Part shown: positions 27,793 to 37,051 of the stretch, in pieces | How the letters are laid out: each line of letters starts with the position of its first letter | Numbering within the stretch: the first letter of the stretch is position 1 | Source: Candidatus Komeilibacteria bacterium | Lineage (GTDB): Bacteria; Patescibacteriota; Patescibacteriia; UBA1558 | Assembly (NCBI GenBank): GCA_048538275.1 | Contig: JBLYPW010000001.1 | Coordinates: 299,924 to 363,923 of the forward strand | Length of the DNA: 64,000 nucleotides | Reading direction: 5' to 3' | Notes under the pieces: model-generated | Told to the model about the DNA's origin: nothing | Database searches by the model: none | The model's input: only the letters and a program-made list of their open reading frames with translations | Position numbers and translations under genes: made by a program

Positions 27793-28716
27793 ATGTTAAA
27801 GATATATCATAATAGCAAAGTGAATAGAAAATGGAAACGGAGCAAACAATGGTTAAGATCAGCCTGGGTAGCAGCCATCGCCCCTGCGGATGCCGAGCTA
27901 GAAGATTTGAGTAAGCATTTACAATTGCCGGTTGATATTTTGCAAGACAGTTTAGACGAATATGAATTACCTCGTTTACGCGTAGTGGGTAAAAATTTGG
28001 TGGTGATATTGCGCGCTGCTTGGCAGGAAGAAGGTGAGTATGGCACTACGCCTTTAACTATTATTGTAGCGCCTCAGCAAATCATTACCATTACGCGCGA
28101 TAAAACTCAGATTATTGATGATTTTATTGCTGGCGTGGTGCCGACTTTAAGTACGCAGCGATCAAACTTTTTGATCAAAATGTGTTTGCGCATGATTTAT
28201 TATTATGAGGAATATATTAATGGCCTCAGTCGCCAAGTTGATTCTAAGCAGCGTTTATTGAGACAGATTGATAAAGAAGATATCATTGCTCTGGTGGAGA
28301 TTGAGGAAATTTTGAATTCTTATATAGATGCTTTGACACGCAACTTGTCAGTGGTGAATAAAATTTTATTACAAAAACATATTGATTTATATGATCAAGA
28401 CAAGCAATTGATTGATGATTTAGTCATTGATGGAGAGCAAGTATTAGATTTAGCGAAAACAAATTTGAAAACCATTTCCAATATCCGAGAGGGTTATACC
28501 ACAGTTTTATCCTTGCGTTTGGAACAGATTATGAAAGTTTTGACGTATGTGACAGCATTTTTTACTATCCCGATGTTGGTTACTAGTTTGTACGGTATGA
28601 ATGTCAGTTTGCCCTGGGCAAGTGAGCCTCATGCTTTTACTTTAATTGTGGGTATTATTATTATTTCTTTGCTGGCTGCTTGGTTACTATTTGCCACTTT
28701 TAAAAAACATTTATAA
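27793..28716 (+). CDS. corA: CorA-family Mg2+/Co2+ transporter
   Basis: C-terminal two TM helices with YGMN motif (LYGMNVSLPW). Confidence 0.75.
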   Translation: MLKIYHNSKVNRKWKRSKQWLRSAWVAAIAPADAELEDLSKHLQLPVDILQDSLDEYELPRLRVVGKNLVVILRAAWQEEGEYGTTPLTIIVAPQQIITITRDKTQIIDDFIAGVVPTLSTQRSNFLIKMCLRMIYYYEEYINGLSRQVDSKQRLLRQIDKEDIIALVEIEEILNSYIDALTRNLSVVNKILLQKHIDLYDQDKQLIDDLVIDGEQVLDLAKTNLKTISNIREGYTTVLSLRLEQIMKVLTYVTAFFTIPMLVTSLYGMNVSLPWASEPHAFTLIVGIIIISLLAAWLLFATFKKHL

Positions 28717-28723
28717 TAAATTT

Positions 28724-29185
28724 ATGAAGTGGAGTTATATTATTATCGTCGCTTTAGTGCTATTAATGAGTGTGAGCGGTAGTTTGATTACTAATGGTGG
28801 TATGAATTGGTATGACTCTATTAACTTGCCCACTTTTACGCCACCGGGTAGCGTGATTGGTGGAGTCTGGACAATTATATTTATTTTATTTGCCATTATA
28901 AGTATACTGATGTGGCGACAAGGCAAATCAGCATGGCGACGTCGTATCAGTTGTTTATTTATCATGAATGCTATATTAAATATTGGTTGGAGTGCGGTGT
29001 TTTTCGGTTGGCACCAAATTGGTTGGGCGGTAGTGGTAGCTGTTCTGTTAGAAATATCTGTATTATCTTTGATTATTAGTATGTGGTCGCGTTTGCATTA
29101 TTGGACGATATTATTATGGCCATATGCGGCTTGGGTATTATTTGCTACTTATTTGACTTATAGGGTGTGGTTATTAAATGTTTAG
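28724..29185 (+). CDS. tspO: TspO/MBR family tryptophan-rich membrane protein (start chosen at MKWSY)
   Basis: 5-TM ~150-aa protein, Trp-rich, WY..L.KP..TPPG..FG.VW pattern. Confidence 0.6.
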   Translation: MKWSYIIIVALVLLMSVSGSLITNGGMNWYDSINLPTFTPPGSVIGGVWTIIFILFAIISILMWRQGKSAWRRRISCLFIMNAILNIGWSAVFFGWHQIGWAVVVAVLLEISVLSLIISMWSRLHYWTILLWPYAAWVLFATYLTYRVWLLNV

Positions 29186-29316
29186 AAACTGATCAAAGAA
29201 TGAAAAAGTTATTATATTCCTACATTGCAAATCCTTTAGCCAATAAATTTTGTATTGCTGAAGCGATGATGAGCTTCATATTAGCAGAAGAAAATTTTAC
29301 AGATTAGCATTTTTTT

Positions 29317-30069
29317 ATGTCCCAATATTATCAAGCGCGTCGGACGCGTAATTTATATAGCCCCAATGCTCGTGAAGCTTTTAAGCTCAGTCGTTCTAAA
29401 CTGGAGTTGTTTATAGAATGTCCCCGTTGTTTTTATCTTGACCGAGTACTAGGTGTAGGGCGTCCGCCTGGCTTTCCTTTTAATCTCAATAGTGCCGTTG
29501 ACGCTTTATTAAAAAAAGAATTTGATATTCATCGTGTCCAGCAAAGCAGCCATCCTTTGCAAAAAGCTTATGGTTTGGATTTGCTACCATGGCAAGATCC
29601 GCGCATGGATCAGTGGCGAGAAAATTTTGTGGGCGTGCAATATCTACACCAGCCTACAAATTTATTAATCTTTGGCGCTGTGGATGACATCTGGGTAGAT
29701 AAGCAAGGTGTGCTTTATGTAGTGGATTATAAATCTACCAGTAAAAATGAAAAAATTGAGGCCTTGGACAAGACCTGGCAAGATAGCTATAAACGGCAGA
29801 TGGAAATATATCAGTGGTTATTGCGACATAATGATCTGACAGTATCAGACACAGGATATTTTGTTTACTGTAATGGTGATAGAGACAAACAAGCCTTTGA
29901 TGCTAAATTGGAATTTGATATTACTTTGATTCCTTATGAGGGCAAAGCTGATTGGGTAGAGGATTTGATTGGGCAGGTTTATACTTGTTTGCAAGCGGAT
30001 GACATACCGCCGGTTAACAAAGATTGTGATTATTGTGCTTATCGCCAAGCGGCTGAAGAGGTTTTATAG
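29317..30069 (+). CDS. Standalone Cas4-like PD-(D/E)xK nuclease with predicted Fe-S cysteines
   Basis: N-terminal CPRC, GAVDD...VVDYKS (D...D-x-K), QMEIY (QhxxY) motif and C-terminal C...CDYC cysteines. Confidence 0.6.
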   Translation: MSQYYQARRTRNLYSPNAREAFKLSRSKLELFIECPRCFYLDRVLGVGRPPGFPFNLNSAVDALLKKEFDIHRVQQSSHPLQKAYGLDLLPWQDPRMDQWRENFVGVQYLHQPTNLLIFGAVDDIWVDKQGVLYVVDYKSTSKNEKIEALDKTWQDSYKRQMEIYQWLLRHNDLTVSDTGYFVYCNGDRDKQAFDAKLEFDITLIPYEGKADWVEDLIGQVYTCLQADDIPPVNKDCDYCAYRQAAEEVL

Positions 30070-30071
30070 CT

Positions 30072-30536
30072 ATGTTGGATATTATTTTATTGACAGTGGG
30101 TAAGACTAAGACGCCTTATTATCAGGCGGCGATATCTGACTATGTAAAGAGAATCAAACCATATGCGCGCTGGCAGCAGCAGATAGTGAAGGCGGTGCCT
30201 TGGCATTCTATTCATCAACAACAGCAGGTCCGCCAGGAAGAAGGGGAGCGGTTAAAAAAAGTTTTGGCTAAAATGCAGGGTCGTCGCATTGTTCTATTGG
30301 ATGAAAAGGGCACGGCCATGACCTCTTTGCAATGGGCGCAGGAGATTCAGCCAATGCAAGGGATCTGTTTTGTCATTGGTGGGGCTTTAGGATTAGCGCA
30401 AGATATTTTGCAGGCTTATCCGGAACATTGGTCTTTGTCAGATTTGACGCTGCCGCATGAATTGGCGCAGCTAGTATTGGTAGAGCAGCTTTATCGGGTA
30501 GCTACTATTTTGCAGGAAAAAACTTATCATTTTTAA
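30072..30536 (+). CDS. rlmH: 23S rRNA (pseudouridine1915-N3)-methyltransferase RlmH (SPOUT)
   Basis: YbeA-family length and motifs (VLLDEKG...FVIGGALGL...ELAQLVLVEQLYRV). Confidence 0.8.
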   Translation: MLDIILLTVGKTKTPYYQAAISDYVKRIKPYARWQQQIVKAVPWHSIHQQQQVRQEEGERLKKVLAKMQGRRIVLLDEKGTAMTSLQWAQEIQPMQGICFVIGGALGLAQDILQAYPEHWSLSDLTLPHELAQLVLVEQLYRVATILQEKTYHF

Positions 30537-30544
30537 ACTAGCCC

Positions 30545-30573
30545 TTGACATATTTTTTTTATTTATATATACT
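30545..30573 (+). promoter_or_regulatory. Candidate sigma70 promoter upstream of rplJ leader (TTGACA-17-TATACT)
   Basis: TTGACA 30545-30550, TATACT 30568-30573. Confidence 0.3.
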
Positions 30574-30843
30574 GTTTTATAGCCGTAGACAGTAGGCGAG
30601 CACCAGCTCTTAAAATATCAGCCTATCGAGGTAACAGATTTTTTTGTTTACGGCCTAAATAGCCGTATTTTTTATTAAAATAATTTATGGACAAGCAAGA
30701 AAAGATTATATTTGGCTCAATTTTGATTAGTTATACTTTGTTGGTAATAGGAGTTTGGGAATACATAGCCAAGCCGATTATCACCTTTGCCCAGGAAATT
30801 ATTCATTTGTATTAATTTATATAAGTAATTATTAATCAGGTTT

Positions 30844-31380
30844 ATGGCTAAAAATAAAGAACAAAAGCAAGCTGAAGTCAAAGCTTTGCAAGCCAAGCTA
30901 GAAAAAGCTAAGAGCGTTGTATTTACTGCCTATGCGGGTTTAAGCGTTGGTGATATGGAGTCCTTAAGAGGAGAATATCGTACAGCTGACGTTGAGTACA
31001 AGGCGGCAAAAAAGCGTTTATTGGATTTGGCTTTGACGGCAAATAAAGTTGATCACGAATCAATTGTTGATATGGAAGGTAGTATTGCTACCGCCTTTGG
31101 TATGGAGGATGAAGTTGCTCCAGCTCGTGTATCACAGGAGTTTGCTAAAAAACATGATAATTTTTCCATTCGCGCTGGTCTTTTAAAAGTTGGCGAGGAT
31201 TGGAAATTTTTATCAGCCGAAGAGGTGATAGCAATGGCCAGTCTACCTAGCCGAGAAGAGCTTTTGGCTAAGGTGGTCGGTTCTATCAATGCACCGGTTA
31301 GCGGATTTGTGAAACTGTTGGCCGGAAATGTTCGTAGTTTATTGAATGTTTTAAATGCCATTCAAGAGACAAAATCCTAA
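30844..31380 (+). CDS. rplJ: 50S ribosomal protein L10
   Basis: L10 family N-terminus and adjacency to rplL. Confidence 0.85.
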   Translation: MAKNKEQKQAEVKALQAKLEKAKSVVFTAYAGLSVGDMESLRGEYRTADVEYKAAKKRLLDLALTANKVDHESIVDMEGSIATAFGMEDEVAPARVSQEFAKKHDNFSIRAGLLKVGEDWKFLSAEEVIAMASLPSREELLAKVVGSINAPVSGFVKLLAGNVRSLLNVLNAIQETKS

Positions 31381-31415
31381 TTTGTTTATAATTATTAATT
31401 AAAGAAGATAAAAAT

Positions 31416-31862
31416 ATGTCTGACGAAGAAAAAAAAGAGGCTGCCGAAGCTACCACTGACGCTAAGGAGTCTAAGGAAGTAGAAGTCCCCGCTAAGTTTA
31501 AAAGCTTGGTTGAGGAAATTGAAAAGATGTCTGTCTTGGATTTATCCGAGCTGGTCAAAATTTTAGAAGATAAGTTTGGTGTTTCAGCGGCTGCTCCAAT
31601 GATGGCAATGGCTGCTGGCCCTGCAGCAGCTACCGAAGCTGCTGAAGAAAAGAGTGAATTTACCGTAGAGTTAACTGCAGCTGGTGAAAACAAAATTAAT
31701 GTTATTAAAGCTGTGCGTGAGATTACTCAGTTGGGCTTAAAAGAAGCCAAGGATATGGTAGATAGCGCTCCTACTGCTATAAAGGAAGGTGTGAAGAAAG
31801 AGGAAGCCGAGGAAATGAAGAAGAAGATTGAAGAAGCTGGTGGTCAGGTTACTTTGAAGTAA
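31416..31862 (+). CDS. rplL: 50S ribosomal protein L7/L12 (long, 148 aa, E/A-rich hinge)
   Basis: Conserved C-terminal domain [26 protein letters not shown]...GVKKEEAEE...AGG.V.LK. Confidence 0.9.
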   Translation: MSDEEKKEAAEATTDAKESKEVEVPAKFKSLVEEIEKMSVLDLSELVKILEDKFGVSAAAPMMAMAAGPAAATEAAEEKSEFTVELTAAGENKINVIKAVREITQLGLKEAKDMVDSAPTAIKEGVKKEEAEEMKKKIEEAGGQVTLK

Positions 31863-31883
31863 TATTGATTTATTTTAAAAAAA

Positions 31884-31913
31884 ACGGCCGAGTTTGAACT
31901 CGACCGTTTTTTT
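31884..31913. terminator. Rho-independent terminator between convergent rplL and downstream minus-strand gene
   Basis: acggccgag/ctcgaccgt stem (one mismatch) flanked by A-run and T-run. Confidence 0.55.
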
Positions 31914-31926
31914 GTTTATTGAAATA

Positions 31927-34068
31927 TTATAGAGGAATGACGAATAGGGTATGAGGTGTTATTAGGAAGGCGCGTTGCTGATCTTCTTGAATGCTCATAG
32001 CTTGTAGGTCAATGAATTTGTCGGAATGGTATTGTTTGATCAATTTGCCATTTTTATCCAGTACTATTAAACGATTATTCTCTGGATCCAGTAAATAAAT
32101 ATTAGCACTTTCGGGAGAGGTAAATAGTTGGCTGGGATTATTAAGCGGCGGGTATATGTTGATAGCTGGGAAATCTATTTGTCTGCCAGCGCTGAGTTTG
32201 ATAATTTTATTATTTTGTAAAATATAAATATTACCGTCAATGGCCAGATCCTTGGCATCAGTAAGATCAATATTGTCTTTTAGCCATAAATCGGGCGATT
32301 GAAAAGCATTGCCGACTAGGCGATGACGATAAACTTGATCGGTTTCATTATCTAATACATATAAGCGATTGAAAAAGCTAGTGGCTGATGAGACATTTTT
32401 TAATCCAGCACTATATGATATGGGCATGGGTTGCAGAGCATCATTGTTTACTTGGAAAATATTATTATTTTGATCAAAAATAATTATGCTATCATCCGGG
32501 GCTATGGTAGTAAATTTAATTTTTTGCATATTGGCAGGATAGGGAGTGGTGCTGAATTCTTTTTGTGTAAAATTATAATTTACCCAATCATTGCCATTGG
32601 TAAAAAGATAAATATTATCTTCTTGAGCCATAACTTTTTGCCAACTTATTGTTTGGTTTAGTTGATCACTACTTATGATCGCTACTGGCTCTGCTATATC
32701 CATAATATTCCAAATACGCTCGGTCAAAATATTAAGCTGTTGTCGCCAACCATCAATAGCATTTTGGTAATTTTTATCTGTCACAGGAAATTGATCGCGT
32801 AAAATAATCAGATCGTCTAGTAAAGTTTGAGCGCGTAGACGGTCACCATATATTAAAGCAGCTTCTATATTTTCACTTTTGTTGGTAAATTCATTATTGA
32901 TAGTAGTGAATTGTTCTTCCGTTAATCCCTGCGGGCCTTTAGATAAGAGGATAATAACTATTATTATGATAGCCGCAGCAATTAAGCCAGTGGCGACCAA
33001 CTTTTGTTTTAGGTTTATATGTTTTAGCCATTGCCAGCTCCAAGCACGACGGCGATGAATATTATCTGGATGGATAAGATTGACTATGATATTTTTTAGC
33101 TGCAATGCTATCCAGAGAAGTCCTATGCCTAGATTACGTAGTAACCACCATATTTTTTTTCCTAGCCAATGAAAAAATCTGATTAATAAAGGCATTATAT
33201 TGGATTGGCTGAAAGCGTCTTTCAAATTACTTAAAGTAGAGGTAAATGCTTGCCAACTGGATGGCACGGTCATAATTTGTTGGGTTTGTTTTTGCGTTAC
33301 TATTAACTGGTCTAAAGAAGCTTTGGATTTAACAGTAGTGGCATTATCATGCGGCCTGTTGATTGGCTCCATCGGTGTAATGTCTGGCGTAGACCTGTAT
33401 TCTTCTTCCGCTACGCTATTTTTTATAATAACACTTAAAAAAGAAACATGATCAGAAACCTCTGCCACCATATTTTGAAATTGGGCGGCAGCGGAGAGCG
33501 CCGGTATGGTGGTGATTATTTTTCGTACTTTGTCTAAAGATAAATAGTCAAGGAGAGAATCATTGGTTAACAAAAAAGCAAATCCTGGTTGTAATTGGCC
33601 AGTGATCACATTGGCAAATATTTTTACTGGATTAATAGGTCCATTGTCCTTACCGACAACATCTATAGCTTTTAACGGATGTAGTAAATAACCTTGCCAT
33701 TGACCGAGTAGAGAGATGTTTATAATATTATCTTTAATATTGCCTATGCCAATATTAAGATTTTGAAGAATTTTTTTATTGTGGGGCAAGTTTTGTGGTA
33801 GCCACTGATTTATTTCATTTAAGGAGTATTCTAAAATTTTAGTAGAATCTTCTAATACTGAGCTATAATAGAAATGGTGAATTTTTTCTAAAAATGCTCC
33901 AATAAATTTATCATAATCATTTTCCGGATTATTGATATTGATTAAAACAAAAAGACAGCCATTTTTAGCTAGCTGAGCAGGATCATTTTCCACGTATATA
34001 TCGCCGATGGAATCGGCGTGTACAGGGTCTTGTATAAAAATTTTAGCTGTTTGGATATTGGCTGCCAT
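31927..34068 (-). CDS. Membrane protein: N-terminal cytoplasmic domain, 2 TM helices, C-terminal beta-propeller-like extracytoplasmic repeat domain
   Basis: 713-aa ORF; TM segments in the middle; C-terminal repeated IYLLDPENNRLIVLDKNG / LYVLDNETDQVY / IYILQNNKII blade-like motifs. Confidence 0.5.
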   Translation of the reverse strand: MAANIQTAKIFIQDPVHADSIGDIYVENDPAQLAKNGCLFVLININNPENDYDKFIGAFLEKIHHFYYSSVLEDSTKILEYSLNEINQWLPQNLPHNKKILQNLNIGIGNIKDNIINISLLGQWQGYLLHPLKAIDVVGKDNGPINPVKIFANVITGQLQPGFAFLLTNDSLLDYLSLDKVRKIITTIPALSAAAQFQNMVAEVSDHVSFLSVIIKNSVAEEEYRSTPDITPMEPINRPHDNATTVKSKASLDQLIVTQKQTQQIMTVPSSWQAFTSTLSNLKDAFSQSNIMPLLIRFFHWLGKKIWWLLRNLGIGLLWIALQLKNIIVNLIHPDNIHRRRAWSWQWLKHINLKQKLVATGLIAAAIIIIVIILLSKGPQGLTEEQFTTINNEFTNKSENIEAALIYGDRLRAQTLLDDLIILRDQFPVTDKNYQNAIDGWRQQLNILTERIWNIMDIAEPVAIISSDQLNQTISWQKVMAQEDNIYLFTNGNDWVNYNFTQKEFSTTPYPANMQKIKFTTIAPDDSIIIFDQNNNIFQVNNDALQPMPISYSAGLKNVSSATSFFNRLYVLDNETDQVYRHRLVGNAFQSPDLWLKDNIDLTDAKDLAIDGNIYILQNNKIIKLSAGRQIDFPAINIYPPLNNPSQLFTSPESANIYLLDPENNRLIVLDKNGKLIKQYHSDKFIDLQAMSIQEDQQRAFLITPHTLFVIPL

Positions 34069-34128
34069 ACTTTACAAAAAATACTTAATTTTATTATACT
34101 ATATTTACCTTTGCCAGTAAAACTGCTT

Positions 34129-34692
34129 ATGTTAGAACAATTATTTAGTTCGCGCACCAGAGAAAAGCTATTAAAGCTGTTTCTTTTTAATCCTGATAAA
34201 CGTTATTATGTACGGGAAATAACTCGTTTGATAGGGGAGCGCTTAAATTCGGTGCGACGTGAGTTAGCCAATTTGGAGAATTTTGATTTGATTGGCACGG
34301 AAGATTTTGAACGGCGTAAATATTATTTTCTTAACAAAGACTTTGTTTTGTTGAAAGAAATGACTGATTTGTTTATTAAGGCTCGCCTTTTGTGGGAGAA
34401 ACGCATTGCTGATAAGATAATAAAGTATGACGGTGTCAAATATTTATCATTATTAGGTTTTTTCGTCAATGATCAAGAGGCTAAGACAGATATGTTGTTG
34501 ATTGGTCGTATTAATAAGAAAGATTTAGCCGCTTTCGTGCGCGAAGTAGAAAAGTTGACCAACCAACCCTTGCGTTATACACATTTTACTATGAATGAAT
34601 ATAGTTATCGTCAATCCATGACCGATCGTTTTTTGTATGATCTGCTCAATCGCCAGTCTATCGTCTTATTGAATAAATTAACTAAACGCTAG
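34129..34692 (+). CDS. Winged-helix transcriptional regulator-like protein (start chosen at MLEQLF; ORF track extends to 34018)
   Basis: N-terminal wHTH-like segment SRTREKLLKLFLFNPDKRYYVREITRLIGERLNSVRRELANLENFDLI. Confidence 0.4.
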   Translation: MLEQLFSSRTREKLLKLFLFNPDKRYYVREITRLIGERLNSVRRELANLENFDLIGTEDFERRKYYFLNKDFVLLKEMTDLFIKARLLWEKRIADKIIKYDGVKYLSLLGFFVNDQEAKTDMLLIGRINKKDLAAFVREVEKLTNQPLRYTHFTMNEYSYRQSMTDRFLYDLLNRQSIVLLNKLTKR

Positions 34693-34693
34693 T

Positions 34694-35074
34694 ATGATTT
34701 TAGCTTTTTTATTAAAAGAGAGTAGTGTGCAGGTAAGGTTATTGCGTCCTGCTAGTATGATTACTGATGAATGGCAAGCTGATCGTAATAACCTTTTAGC
34801 GAAATTGGACAAGTTTATCAATGATAACAATATTAAGTTAACTGCTCTGGAGGCAATAGTGATGAATTATAGTCCAGCGCCATTTTCTTGGTCACGAACG
34901 GTAACAAGTATGGCCAATGCCTTGGCTTGGTCTTTACAAATACCTATTTTTAAAATCAAAGGTGAGCTGGATGATCCAGTAATATTAGCCAAGACTATCA
35001 AGAAAACAAGTGCTGGCAAAACTAAAACCAGTTTTATCGTACCGGAATATTATAAAGAACCAAATATTACATAA
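34694..35074 (+). CDS. Short TsaB/YeaZ-like protein (N-terminal domain only), tentative
   Basis: ILAF...SAPFSWSRTVTSMANALAWSLQIPIF resembles the YeaZ/TsaB N-terminal region (GPGSFTGLRIG..A.GLA.....P). Confidence 0.4.
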   Translation: MILAFLLKESSVQVRLLRPASMITDEWQADRNNLLAKLDKFINDNNIKLTALEAIVMNYSPAPFSWSRTVTSMANALAWSLQIPIFKIKGELDDPVILAKTIKKTSAGKTKTSFIVPEYYKEPNIT

Positions 35075-35205
35075 TCTTCACTTTCAGGGTCTAAAGTCTG
35101 GAAGGTTCAATTATTTTATAACCAGTAGTCAAAATTGACTATTTTTTTGTTTTATTGCTTGATAAAAATAGTAAAGATGTGGTTGCCAAGTTGGTTATGG
35201 TGGTG

Positions 35206-35244
35206 TATAATGAATTTGAGAGGTGAAAAGTGGGAAAATGTGGG
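35206..35244 (+). promoter_or_regulatory. Pmra-like promoter -10 (TATAAT 35206-35211) followed by two GTGGG direct repeats spaced 10 bp (candidate MraZ boxes)
   Basis: GTGGG at 35230-35234 and 35240-35244; additional GTGG/GGTGG at 35179 and 35199 upstream. Confidence 0.4.
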
Positions 35245-35279
35245 GATAACCTCTGAAATCTGTGTATAAGTATATAAAT

Positions 35280-35711
35280 ATGCTAATTGGTGAATATAGT
35301 TATAACCTTGATATAAAAAAACGTCTGGCTTTGCCAGCCAAATTTAGAACGGTTTTTAAGCAAGGAGCGGTTATTACCCGTGGTTTGGATAATTGTTTAT
35401 TTGTTTATCCACGTAAAGACTGGGAAGTATTAGCCGATAAATTGATCAAACTACCTATTAGTCAGGCGAAAAATCGTGCTTTTGCTCGTTTGATGTTGGC
35501 TGGTGCTATGGATGTTAGTTTGGATAAACAGGGACGCATAAATGTACCAGAGTATTTAACTCGTTATGCTCAGCTTAACAAAAAAGTTATAGTTACTGGT
35601 TTGTACAACCGTTTGGAAATTTGGGATGAGACTATCTGGAATAAGTATAAGCAAAATACTGAGGCTAGTAGTACAGAAATCGCCGAGGCCTTGGGTGAGC
35701 TAGGGGTTTAA
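35280..35711 (+). CDS. mraZ: Transcriptional regulator MraZ
   Basis: MLIGEYSYNLDIKKRLALPAKFR and second MraZ repeat; first gene of dcw cluster. Confidence 0.8.
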   Translation: MLIGEYSYNLDIKKRLALPAKFRTVFKQGAVITRGLDNCLFVYPRKDWEVLADKLIKLPISQAKNRAFARLMLAGAMDVSLDKQGRINVPEYLTRYAQLNKKVIVTGLYNRLEIWDETIWNKYKQNTEASSTEIAEALGELGV

Positions 35712-35718
35712 AACAACT

Positions 35719-36654
35719 ATGACCGAGCATGTACCCGTATTATTGTCTGAAGTGATAGCCGGACTGCAAGTGAAGCCCAATCGTGATTATATAGATTGTA
35801 CCTTGGGAGCGGGTGGTCATGCCCGCGCCGTATTAAAGCTCAATGGACCGCAAGGATTATTATACGGTATAGACGCTGATAAAAAAGCTCTCTCTCTGGC
35901 TCAGCACAATTTGCAGGAATTTGGTAGCCGAGTCATATATATAGAAGCAAATTATCGTACTTTAGAAAATATTGTCCAACAATATAAAATCGCTAATTTA
36001 AATTTAGGGGGTATTTATGTAGATTTAGGCTTGTCTTCTATGCAATTGGCCGCGAGTGATCGTGGTTTTAGTTTCCAAATTGACGCGCCATTAGATATGA
36101 GCTTTGGTAAGACTACTAATTTAACAGCCGCCGAAATTATAAATTATTGGTCGGAAGAAGAAATTGCTAATATTTTGCATAATTATGGTGAAGAAAAAGC
36201 CGGACGATCTATTGCCAAAGCCATAGTAAAAGCCAGAGGCAATGAATTGATTCAGACTACCGGGCAATTAGTTGCGATTGTATCTCAGGTTAAGGGTGCT
36301 AGACGACGACACAAGATTCATCCGGCAACCAAAACTTTCCAGGCTTTACGCATAGCGGTGAATGATGAGCTGAATGGTTTACGGGATTTTCTTCCCCAAG
36401 CCATTAATCTACTTCCTAGTAGAGCTAGGTTAGCAGTTATTGCTTACCATTCATTAGAAGACAGGATAGTTAAAAATTGGTTTAGGCAGGAAACGCGTGA
36501 TTGTATTTGTCCACCCAGCTTACCACAGTGTATTTGTGGTCATCAGCGCTCAGTTAAACTTATTACCAAAAAACCAATTATGCCCAGTGCAGAGGAGATA
36601 GGGCTGAATCCGCGAAGCCGTAGTGCTAAATTGAGAATAGTTGAAAAAATTTAA
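35719..36654 (+). CDS. rsmH: 16S rRNA (cytosine1402-N4)-methyltransferase RsmH
   Basis: HVPVLL...DCTLGAGGHA motif; follows mraZ. Confidence 0.85.
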   Translation: MTEHVPVLLSEVIAGLQVKPNRDYIDCTLGAGGHARAVLKLNGPQGLLYGIDADKKALSLAQHNLQEFGSRVIYIEANYRTLENIVQQYKIANLNLGGIYVDLGLSSMQLAASDRGFSFQIDAPLDMSFGKTTNLTAAEIINYWSEEEIANILHNYGEEKAGRSIAKAIVKARGNELIQTTGQLVAIVSQVKGARRRHKIHPATKTFQALRIAVNDELNGLRDFLPQAINLLPSRARLAVIAYHSLEDRIVKNWFRQETRDCICPPSLPQCICGHQRSVKLITKKPIMPSAEEIGLNPRSRSAKLRIVEKI

Positions 36655-36693
36655 TTTTAATGTAAAAAATAAATAATTAAATAAAAATTTAAT

Positions 36694-36999
36694 ATGCGAG
36701 GGCCAAAAACAAAGATAAATTTTAATTTTTCATATCTCCGTATTTTATTATTATTATTGGTAGTGGGATCATTATTTGGTTATTTGATGGCCATTAATAA
36801 TTCTGCGACCATTGGTATAGAGATATCGGGCTTGCAACAAAATATTTATCAGTTGCAAGAGCAAAATCGTGAATTGGAGTTACAAATTTCTCATTTACGC
36901 TCTATTTCGCGAATTGAAAATCTAGCTGGCGAACTTAATATGGTAGCAGTAGATAATTATGCATATGTTGGCGGCGATACAGCCGTGGCAGTAAAATAA
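36694..36999 (+). CDS. ftsL: FtsL-like cell division protein (single TM + coiled coil)
   Basis: 101-aa bitopic protein with leucine-zipper-like segment, positioned between rsmH and ftsI. Confidence 0.5.
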   Translation: MRGPKTKINFNFSYLRILLLLLVVGSLFGYLMAINNSATIGIEISGLQQNIYQLQEQNRELELQISHLRSISRIENLAGELNMVAVDNYAYVGGDTAVAVK

Positions 37000-37051
37000 C
37001 CCCCATGCCGGAGTTAGAGTAAGTTTATTCTGAGTCCTCAGAACATTTATT

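Noticed and set aside
31053-31693. Minus-strand ORFs of 102 and 131 aa overlapping rplJ/rplL
   Set aside because: Antisense to highly conserved ribosomal protein genes; Ala/Ser-rich products are the signature of reverse-complement of E/A-rich L7/L12 coding sequence.
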